Of a DNA stretch of 20,000 nt, positions 10,371 to 20,000 are shown one piece after another (the stretch's first letter is position 1; every line of letters begins with the position of its first letter). The stretch is from assembly GCF_000181795.1 (NCBI RefSeq), contig NW_003526940.1:3341358-3361357 (forward strand), given 5' to 3'. The position numbers were made by a program, and so were the translations under genes. This DNA is from Trichinella spiralis. Its lineage: Eukaryota. The notes below the pieces were generated by a model that did no database searches, had not been told where the DNA came from, and saw only the letters and a program-made list of their open reading frames with translations.

Positions 10371-10659
10371 ATTTATTCTCATCATTCGAAAACACATCTC
10401 AAACCTACGATACGGAAAATAGCACAAGCTAATGATAAGCATTGAGGAGTGAAATATGAAAAATAGAATTGACGGTTTTGTTCTTTACAAATTAAATATT
10501 TTTATTATCTAATTGCATTATTCTACAAAAATATAGAAGCAACAAATGAACAGCTTGAAGAAGAGATAACTGAACAAAGAGATGTTAAATAAACGTGCTT
10601 ATCTAAGTCATTTTTTGTTTTCATAATTTGACATGTAATGACTTTTTGCGATGGTAACA

Positions 10660-11265
10660 GACCTAGTCTGGTTCACTAGCTTGACAATGAAGAAAATTCT
10701 GCAGTAATTATTGTGGGCTAGGTTAACAGCATTCAGAACGAAGGATTTTCTGAAATTTTGCTAGACCAACACACATGTACTGCTGTTAAATTTCCCATAT
10801 GTTAGGCAAAAGCATTTTTAGTTCAATCTGTGATTTAGCTACGTCACATCTGAGAAATTTTTCACAGATCATCCATGTGATGTGAAGTCAGTGTATACTG
10901 CACCACAAGCTTCATAACATTGCACGCTACCCTACAGAAGCTGGCATTTCAGTGTTTCTGAGCACTATGATGCCATCTAAATGCACAAGCCATAAATTCA
11001 TGCCATGATAAATGGTGGTCTGGAATTTTTACAATGGTGCGGATGCATTTTCAAATAAACTCATTATCTGACCAAGGCAGTGAACTCCATGATATTGCGC
11101 AATTATTGTTCATTCTCAACAATGGGAATGAAAATTTTGGCAGCACATGAAAGACCAATTTATACTCCTTAGTTGCTGACCAGGGTAATTAACTAAGATC
11201 ATATTTTGGCAGAGCAATGCGGTACTAGAGCAAGATAACGGACACACTCGTGATGAAGTGAACAT
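10660..11265 (+). other. ~600-bp segment present only in the inner MULE; possibly a decayed retrotransposon integrase fragment
   Basis: Absent at the equivalent outer position (~8160-8175). WWSGI (11013-11027) and LSDQGSEL (11064-11087) lie in one frame and resemble integrase WWPG and SDQGxEF motifs, but are too close together. Confidence 0.3.
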
Positions 11266-13040
11266 AAAATAAAAAATAATTTGCTTTCAGTTTTGTTTGG
11301 TGTAATCATTTCGAAATGCTACAGATATTTTTTGTTCTGGAATGTTGAACCATAGTAATACAAGAATTGCAACTTGAATGTTCAATCAACCCAGTAGTAG
11401 GTTTACTTTAGATATTGAAAGAGAAATTTAATACAATTTACCAAAATGTATAACCACAAATTTCTATTTTAAACCAAAGTACGGATTTTATTTTATTCTT
11501 TATTTAAATGAAACATAAGAAGAGAAACAATAACTCTTGTGAACAGGAGCGAAAGAAAGATTGGAAAGATTAAATTCTTTTGCAAACTAGAAATATTTTC
11601 AGAGAACAGAGAGGCAAAATCAGAAAAGTTTTTCGATGTTAACATTCAGCAATCACCACTCCTAGTTTTAGCTGAAAACTGCAGCTGTAGACAATTTACC
11701 AATTTTAGATTTTTCCTTTGTAATTGAGTAGCCTTCAACTAGCCTTCATCAGAACAATATCTGACAAATAGAAAAGAACCTTAGGCATAAATCTTATTTA
11801 ATTGTTAGCTAAGAAGGTAATTTATGTGACAAGTAAAAGCAAATGTTGGCTGACATTTCTTTTGAACAGTATTTTTAAATTCGGATGGATAAATAAAAGT
11901 GAAGCACTTCGAAAGCAGAAAGAAAGAGATGAACTGCACCAACGAAGCAGAAAAGCGCTTAAAGGTGCTTCAAATTCATTCTGCAGTGGACATCGCATTG
12001 TTTGATGTAAGCATTTGTGTGTGATTGACAATCTTCTGTCAACATCAACAAAAGGCATTGGTGCCACAAGAAATATCAATCAAAGTTGATCTTCAGTTGT
12101 AGATAAAATGAGAAATGAAAAACTAAATGTTGTTGCAAAATGGTTATTTAAAATGGAATTTAAATTCGTCAAATTTATTTTCCTTTTTGGTATTGCGTTT
12201 GAGTTCAGTGCTTAGCATTCGAGGGTTATTAGCTGATGAGCAAAACAAGATCAGATATCTTCATCTGAAATTTGCCTGCTGAAATTGCGATGGATACGGA
12301 TTTCTGGACTGGACGGCAATGAACAGAAAATAGACGCGTAAATGGATTCCTAATACTGGAGTAAGCGAGAAGTAATCTATGAAGCAGGAAGTAAAATGCT
12401 GCTGGGCATAAAGCTTGACGCAGCTAACTCAGCTAAACAAATCAAACGGAACGGTGCACAAGCTATTTAAAAGAAAATTCAAGACTGCAAATGCTCTTTT
12501 ATGTGAACAATGAAATGTAAAACTGAAGAATCATTAATGTTATTGACTAAGATAACCACTTATTTAAAGCGACATTCAAATATTGCAAGACATCTTGTTA
12601 AATGCTCTTCTTAACAACATACACAAACAATATGCAAATATGAAGAAGTTAAACAATAGTTTTAAGCATATTAACTTTGTTATTGTTAAAATTCTTTTAA
12701 CGAAACAAAAGATAGATAACAACATATTAAAAAACTGTTTTAAAAATAGTAAATGCTTTTTTATGTCCATATAAGGTAATTTAATGGTAATGCACCCATA
12801 TTTGGAAAAGAATTAATAAACAACAATTACCCAATCCTTGATCAAAACTTAATAGCTAATCAAATGGCAAAGTTATTCACCCAATCACTTATCATGATGA
12901 TTAGCTAATAAAATAGCAGAAGTCATTAGCCAATTACCGATCAATCGTGTTCAACCTATCAGAGTACAGCCAATCACAAAAAGGGAGCGGAGTTTGGGGA
13001 AATCGGGACACAAATGAGTTCAGGCTACCTCTTGATAAAC

Positions 13041-13238
13041 AACAATCATCCAATCCTAAATCACAGCTAAATAGCTAATCAAATAGCACAGTTATTCACC
13101 CAATCAGTTATCAGAATAATTAGCTAATAAAATAGCAGGAATTAGTAGCCAATTACTGAACAATACTCATACAACCAATCAGCGACCAGCCAATCACAAA
13201 AATGGGTCGAATTATTGCGGATGAGTTCAGACCAAACC
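13041..13238. repeat. Distal part of the outer MULE right TIR (B-type end), displaced by the nested insertion
   Basis: Reverse-complement match to 9518-9716. Joining 9517 to 13041 restores ...TTGATAAAC|AACAATCATCCAATCC, colinear with the other TIR copies. Confidence 0.9.
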
Positions 13239-13590
13239 GTCACGTTAATTTTAATTGGTTGCCGATAACAGTTGCCCTTCTTTGTTGCACATAACTTATA
13301 ACAGATAAGCAAGTAGGAAAATGGGTGAAAATGTTCTTGATTGAACGATGTCGTCGCAGCTTGGCGCGGCGTGCTCAGTATGCTTCTGCACTCTGTCGTC
13401 GGTTAAAATGGCACATTAAGTTACCACAATCACAAAGTTAGTTGTTAGTTGTTAGTTATCACAAATAAAATATTTTATAATTTAATAATTTCCGTGCTAT
13501 GTAAGTAATAAGGATTTCATTTTTCTGTAAAATTTAGCCTAGGAATGGATGAGTGGTTGATATGGAAACCGGTAAAAAGGGAAGTAGCTG

Positions 13591-13713
13591 ATCAGTCAGG
13601 TTGCCATCTTCACAGGGTGGTAACTGACAAACTTCTGCATTGATTTGCTCTTCTGGGGGTAAGGTCTCTAAATAATCTATAGCGTTTTCCAACGTGAGAA
13701 ATCTCGAAGCCAT
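13591..13713 (-). pseudogene. Probable piggyBac (PGBD-type) transposase N-terminal fragment
   Basis: MASRFLTLENAIDYLETLPPEEQINAEVCQLPPCEDGNLTD resembles the acidic PP..D..LTD N-terminal motif of piggyBac transposases (from recall). Truncated after 41 codons. Weak TTAA/CC-like ends near 13534 and 14093. Confidence 0.5.
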
Positions 13714-14269
13714 CACCAACTCGAATAATGACAACTTTACAGAATGGCAGTAGGGATGTAGTCTAAGTGGGAACTGAGACAACTAAGCCGACAGCTGTGA
13801 ACAGGCCTTGCATCATTTGGCGAAAGTTGACCAAAACTTGGATACAGCTGTCTCCAACAACAGCCAAATAATGAGAAAGATGGAACAAATGAATGTGTCA
13901 GTTGTTAGAACAGAGGTATAGATCTCATCATTAATGTTCGCTGTGACCAAAAAACAACCTCGAGTTGTACTTATACTCAAAGAGGATTTGGTGTGCAATA
14001 CGTGATTTTTGTTAAAGACAAGCGCCAATGTTCCCACTTGGGATCCCCAACCATCAAACTTTCTCACCATCTCGTCAGCTGCCACATGGTTATAAAATAA
14101 TAAAATAATATTTATTTGATAGACAACTTCTTCTTCTTCATTCCATGTTAATTATATGCAGCAGACACCAATTTCTTAAATAAAAATCAAATTGAGAGCG
14201 AGACAGGTTAAAAAAGTCGAAAATTAGCATATTTTGGGGATTATTTTCAGTGGAATAACAAGTCCATAC

Positions 14270-17200
14270 CGTGCCCAATCATCCCTGCAGGTAAAAGGCA
14301 ATCCCAAATGGGTGGACAACCAAATGAAATTGCATCTGGCTTTCGGTGNNNNNNNNNNGCAGTTATTCTTGTTTTCGAGTCTGCAATAGGGAAAGGACAA
14401 AATAGCCCAATGCCGAGGACCAAGCTCTTCTAACTGAGCAGCATAAGCGCAGTGCAAAGCATTCTACTGTTCATTCGAAACATTCGTATAACCAACTGCA
14501 TGCAAAATTGTCCAAAGATGCCAACTGAAGTAACAGAAAAAAAGTTATTAAAAAAATTTCAAATAAACCTCAAAATTCAAAATAACGTCATTTAATTTAT
14601 CATAAACCGCACATCAGACTGGCTGAACAACATTTATATTTACCAATGAAACAATGATAACTGTTCAATTTAAATTTTCAAAATCAACTAAACAACAACT
14701 CACTTTATTTCATCTGAAAACAATTTCATTAATCCAGCAAACGTCTTGTAATTTATTCATGTAAAATTCATTAATTTCTTTTTTTTCTTACCTGACTTAA
14801 TGTTAACATAGAATAACATGCCAAATAAATCATATCTACAGTAACACTACTGCGCAGAATTGGGAAAGAATATTAGAAGGAGAATTAAATTCAAAAAGGG
14901 ATCAACGAAAAAAGCTTGTAAACTTTGAATATTCAACCGAACGTTTTTCTTAGAAAATTTCACTTTACAACAAAGTATGTAGAATGTATTTGAAATTCAA
15001 TTAAAAATTCAACATATAAAGACACTTCAATTTCCCCCATACCTCAAATGGTAATCCAATGGATCTTCTGACCACGTAGAGTTATTCAGTACACTTTCCA
15101 GTGAATGCTTCGTGTTGACAAAAAGCATCAACAAGTGATACAAAATGTCTGTTGCTTCACAGTTTGAACTACTGTTGTACAAGTAGAGTGGAGAAGGCTT
15201 CGGAACGGAAAATTTCTCATGTTCCCAAAACTCACTGTAATGTTTCAGCGCATTTTCGACAGATATTGCACCCCCATCGTAGTACCTGAAAATGACAATT
15301 GCATGTATTATTTAAAAAAAGAAAAAAGAAAAAAAACAGCTAGAAATCTTCACACCAAAGAAAAAATGCAAATGCTGACAACCAATGAACATTGTGAAGT
15401 ACGTCAATTACTCGGTTACCACTGCGACGCCACGTCACCTGACCAGCGATCAACAAATATAATTTGAAAATTTTCGGATTTATAAAATTATCAACCTAAA
15501 TAATATTTGAACAAAGTACTACTAATGATGAAATAGTTCTATATATAATACTTTAGATACGGTCCATGCTTGCAGCTGATCAAGCATCAATTTGCGAGAT
15601 TCGTCAGCAAGAGTTGCTTGACTAAGCAACGTAGATAATCGATAACACTTTTCAGATTGGCAAAGTTCAACAGCCTCATCAATGCTACCTTTGATTAGCA
15701 ATAAAAATATCTCATCAAAAATCTGAAATATGACAATAAAAATTAAAAATACAACAGCATAACTAACTGTAAATGAAAAATCTCAAACCTGAAAATCGTC
15801 GTTAAGTTCATGATTAAAAATGTATCGTCCACTGCGATTTATTAGCCAATCAGATAATTTCTGCAAATCGATTACATCTTTCAAATCATCATCACTTTCT
15901 AAAAGAACAAATAAATCAATTGTCCATTTAGAACAGATCAAAGTAGAGCTTACCAGGTCGAGGTTCCCAAAGCGCTTTGCAAAGCAGCACTGCATCCCGG
16001 CAGAGTTCAACATCTGGACAATCTGAGAACATTTCGCACATGGAACAATGTTATAAAAAGAAAAAAAAATCAAATTTCATCAACTACTACTACTTTTAGT
16101 TTGATCTTTTAAAATTTCATCGTACGCGACAATTAGCTTCACAGCATCGACAGGCGAAAAAAATGGAGACGAATCTTTATCCAATCTTTCGCTTAGATCG
16201 AAGCAGCATTTGAGCAACATTTTCAGAACATTCTGAAAATGGATAACTTTTAGAAGAGCGTTTGAAAAAATACAATCATATATTATTACAAAATAACAGT
16301 CAAAAAGAGAACATTTGAGCATTATGCATATCCCTAATGACAATTTTTTGCAATCTCTTGCAACTAAGTTAGCAGTGTTTTTTTCTTATTTTTTTGTTTA
16401 ATAATAAATAATTAACAAAAGTGTAAAATTTATGCGCAAAATTCAATATGTATACTTACTTTAAACGCTTCATCGTCACGTTTGGTTTTCATTTGCAAAC
16501 GTGTAATGGTCGACATGGTATTACTACCTGAAAATAAGAACAACAACAACAACAACGTTTCCTGAGAAATAAATCAATACAAATAGCATAATAATAATAA
16601 TAATACAAGAGGAATATGAGACTCTGTTGCAATGCCATCCTATTCGACATTCGTTGGACAATTGTCTGTGGTGCAGTTTAGCTGGCAAGTGATTCAAAAT
16701 GGGAGATTTTTGAGGTGGAATAAATTCCACATTAAATTGAACTGCAGTTGTTTCAGATTCATCGGAAATACAGACATCGTCAGGCTTCTTTTTGGTTTCG
16801 GCTAAAATTGCTGCTTCTTTACTTTTTTCATCTTTTCCACCAATATCTGTCTCATCTATACAGAGAAAAATAAACAAAACTGTTCATATATTTTCTTTTA
16901 TTCACCATCAAAGTAACTGACCAATCATCAACATGCTGCTTTCGTATAGGTCGGTTAAAGATGGCAATTGATTAACTTTTTCTTCTTTTTTCATTGAAAT
17001 GCGTCCAGTTTTCAAAATTGGTAAACCAATACCGCAATCAACTCCTTTCAAAAGTTTCTCACTACTTGCCAATGCTAATCTTATGCTAGAGTGGGTAATA
17101 TTTTTTGACTGGTTAGTTTTCAACCGTTCTGCGACCACTCCTTCCGCACCATCAGCAGCACCTGTACAAACATACAGAAATATATCGAGAAGAAAAACTT

Positions 17201-20000
17201 TAAAAATAACAACCAATAATGAGAGATTTTTTACTGATATTGCTCTGTTCGATTGTTTTCTTTTTAGTTGTAGATTCCGACGTGATTTTTCCATTAGCAG
17301 AAATGGAAGACGATTTCGGACTTTCAGCGCCCAATTTCACAACAGACGATACCGTTGTACAAATACCATTCGCTTTGGGATGAGGCTAGAAATTAAACAA
17401 AAATTTTCTCTTTTAAATTTCACTCTTCCATTTTGAAAATTCTACATCAAACCGATTTATCTTTCGTTTCTTTCTTTTCGACAATTTTTTCTTCCGACTG
17501 CTTCGAAAGTGGTCCCCCATTTTCTTCAGCTTCATCCGAATCATCGTCCAATCCATATTTTGAAAAATGCTTCACCTTGAATAAGACAAAAAATGTAGAA
17601 ATAGAAACAATTTCCAAATTCATATTCTTCTTCCTCCCAACATCAACAACGGGATCAAGAAGAAAAAGAAGAAGAAGAAGAAGAAATATCATGCTCGCGC
17701 TTACTTCAAAAATCCAAGAACCAGTAGTTGGAGCATAACTGACAAATTTCGCGTTCATTTTTTCACACGCCCGTTTCAACTTTTCCTCATAACCAAGATG
17801 TTCCAATCGTTTAGCATCCTGAAATCAGTTTTTTTTTCAAATAAATAAAACAATTTTGTCAGTCAAATGAAATTTTAAACTTTGACGATGAAACGATGAA
17901 AAAAAGAATTATTTCCAAATATTATTAATTTTACTTTGATTGGTTCTTGACGAGTTTTGTCATTGGGCCAGACACGTTCCAATGTGATTATAGCAGCCCG
18001 ATTCAAGCCCTGACCTATTGGTGGCTTGGACGAGGCGTCCGGATAGACGGTCACTTCCTTCAGTTCAAAGAAGACGAGCTTGTCCAAATTGAGATCGGTC
18101 AAATTCAACGGTCCTCGCCAAACAATTTTCCCATATCCATGTCGACCAACTTCGAAACGGTCGACAACGCACTCGCCCGAGCGTGTCATTTTCGACGCCA
18201 GTTCGTCCAAATTTGGCGTGAAATAATAATCCGAACGTGTTGATGTGATTTTCAAGCCTTTCTTGTTGAATAATTTCACTCCTGTCGACGACGTTCCACT
18301 GTCGTTCAGGTCGACAACGTTGGTCGACGCTGACGTTGAATAATTATTCTTATCCGACATTTTGCTTTCAATTCCACTTCTACTAGTACCACCACTGGAG
18401 GCGATGTGGTCGTATTCAGAAACTTCAACCGTTCCATTTATCGAAAAATCCGACGACTTGGTAATGCTTGGACTGCTGTTCGATTTGGCTTTTCGATCTC
18501 TGGATGTATTATTATTGATCAGTGAAACGGCCGCGCTTTCATTGTCTGCATGGGAACCGTTGCTCAAACTGAAAATCCATTTATCATCAATTATATGAAA
18601 AACAAAATTATCCAATTGTATAAATTTTCTTCATTTTATATTTTTTACTTCGATCCCTCATCTATTGACGTAATTGGCTTCGCATTATCGAAAAATGATA
18701 ATTCCGGTAGAAACGGGGTACAATTCGTATTGGAACACTAAAATTATCACTGCTTTATCAAAGGAAAAAAAAACAGAATTTTCATCATTTCTTATTTACG
18801 ATACGTTCGGTGTTTAATTATTTCAAAAAAATTATCATTGTTAACAAAATGATTTTTATTAACCACACACACTGCACGTACATTTTAAAAATAACACTAA
18901 TAAACAACAATTCAGACAATCGAAAATTTATAAAAATAAAACAGTTAGTAAATATGAAATGAACGGTCAACACAATTTAAACAAGCAGATGACAAAGTAA
19001 ATTGGAAACTAATAACGCACATGTATATATAAATAGAAAATTCTTTTACAATAAATAATGATGCTATCATGAACAGAAAATACAAATTTCTCAAATCAAT
19101 TAACTAATAGAATGGCAAATTAGCTGTCTTGTTTATTCGGCAAATGAATAATCATTTTACCTGAACACGTTTCTTCAGCACGAGCTTTTTTATCCTGTCC
19201 CTTGGTACAAAACCATCATGCGAACCGCTCACCACTTCTTCGTCCAAATCATCAACCAGTGCTGCCAAGCTCTTAAGTGAAAAGAATATTAAAAAATAAA
19301 AAGAAAATAATGCACAAATTAAAAAAAAACATGCCTTAGCTTGTCGACTGCTAGCTTGCAAGCGGTCCATGATTGGTTTTGTAGGTATGCGTGGTGATGA
19401 CCGAACCGGAGGTAGCATGACCGTTTCCGGCACTACTCTAGACAAAGTGGATAAATCCAAAGCTTTGCGCATCTGCAGTGGATCCGTTGGATTTTTCAAT
19501 AACTCCGAATGAGATTCGGTTAATTTCAACAACGGACTTTCGCCGTACGGTGAATTTGCCATCGCTTGCAACTGAGAACGAACCAAATTTTCTTGCGCTG
19601 CCAGAACATTCGGATCACTGGAATTGCAAACAAAAAAAATATCGATCAAGATATATTATTTCAAATCAAACATGCTTACGTTCCAATGGGCACAACGTAA
19701 TTTGTATTAAGACCTGCACTTTGCTGTGCAACTCCGGGAAAAGAAGAACTGCTCAATGCATTTGCTTTAAAAAATATACAACAGACTATTTTTATTTCAA
19801 AAAAAATATGTAAATATGAAAAACTTTTACCAACCTGGGACAGAAGAAGAAAAAAAAGATAGCGTCGGCTTGGTGTTAGCTGGATCACCGAATAAATTTC
19901 CAGCAATAGTACTCGAAGGTTGGCTGCTGCAAATAATCCACTGCCCGAGAACAGCGATGGCTGTCCAAGTTTTTGTCCCAAACAATGACTTTTGTTGTTG
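14270..20000 (-). CDS. Nup98-96: Nuclear pore complex protein Nup98-Nup96 precursor (5' part outside window; 3' end damaged or incomplete)
   Basis: Phase-consistent exons: >20000-19835, 19764-19680, 19617-19335, 19271-19161, 18737-18649, 18568-17935, 17818-17705, 17575-17453, 17385-17235, 17161-16922, 16855-16607, 16527-16460, 16232-~16094, 16022-15954, 15898-15789, 15722-15561, 15495-15356, 15285-15043, 14524-~14270. Motifs include SLFG/NLFG repeats, SPYGESPL, FVPRDRIKKLVLK and the autoprotease domain (VGRHGYGKI, KPPIGQGLN, GSWIFEVKHFSKYGL). Nup96 motifs are LCKALW, LSDWL, RLSTLLSQ and DPLDYHLSWHLW. Confidence 0.93.
17549..17569 (-). other. Nup98/Nup96 autoproteolytic cleavage motif HF|SKYGL
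   Basis: Codons H 17569-17567, F 17566-17564, S 17563-17561. The cleavage between F and S is established for this family. Confidence 0.92.

Larger units (their letters stand above)
9518..13031 (+). mobile_element. Non-autonomous MULE of the same family, nested in inverted orientation inside the right TIR of the outer copy
   Basis: Termini GGTGTAGGCTGAACTCAT and ATGAGTTCAGGCTACCTC. Perfect 9-bp TSD TTGATAAAC at 9509-9517 and 13032-13040. Internal blocks match the reverse complement of outer 8175-9500, 7990-8160, 6805-7675 and 4296-4830. It lacks outer ~4831-6804 (transposase). Confidence 0.93.
4296..13238 (-). mobile_element. Mutator-like (MULE) DNA transposon, outer copy (own sequence 4296-9517 plus 13041-13238)
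   Basis: Termini GGGCTAGTCTGAACTCATCCGC and GCGGATGAGTTCAGACCAAACC are inverted repeats. Perfect 9-bp TSD GTCACGTTA at 4287-4295 and 13239-13247. Long imperfect TIRs and an internal MULE transposase pseudogene. Confidence 0.93.

Noticed and set aside
12576..12774. 64- and 63-aa ORFs on opposite strands
   Set aside because: AT-rich TIR sequence with low-complexity translations; no recognisable domain.
9518..13238. Single element bounded by the two B-type TIRs
   Set aside because: Flanks TTGATAAAC and GTCACGTTA do not match. TSDs instead pair 4296 with 13238 and 9518 with 13031.
13813..14085. 90-aa minus-strand ORF as a further Nup96 exon
   Set aside because: GTG start, no Nup96-like motif and no convincing acceptor; it lies in probable piggyBac-derived sequence.
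15219..19813. Plus-strand ORFs (15219, 15820, 16999, 17433, 17947, 18362, 18550, 19478)
   Set aside because: Antisense to Nup98-96 exons and introns, with no independent coding signal.
1..20000. tRNA, rRNA, snRNA or known ribozyme genes
   Set aside because: No cloverleaf, rRNA motif or catalytic core recognised by eye; an Infernal/tRNAscan run would be needed to exclude them formally.

Overview
Eukaryotic, AT-rich genomic DNA with short spliceosomal introns. It is probably a nematode such as Trichinella, inferred from my recollection of the transposase family and not from a search. No prokaryotic features or CRISPR were found. From left to right: a possible decayed gene (1-682); a ~176-bp tandem satellite (~734-2263); the 3' end and LTR of an LTR retrotransposon (~2264-2960); a solo LTR with a TSD (3402-4023); and a small hAT-type MITE (4089-4255). 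Next is a ~8.9-kb Mutator-like (MULE) element (4296-13238, perfect 9-bp TSD GTCACGTTA) carrying a two-exon FLYWCH+MULE transposase pseudogene. A second, transposase-less copy of the same family has inserted in opposite orientation into its right TIR (9518-13031, perfect 9-bp TSD TTGATAAAC). A probable piggyBac N-terminal fragment follows (~13.6 kb), then the 3' part of a multi-exon Nup98-Nup96 gene on the minus strand (>20000 to ~14270, HF/S autoproteolysis motif intact). The most unusual observation is that this MULE family carries a second, decayed copy of the transposase 5' end (exon 1, intron, start of exon 2) pointing the opposite way. This suggests the family itself arose from an older inverted fusion of two elements. 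I see no evidence for a wholly new class of system beyond this transposon architecture.
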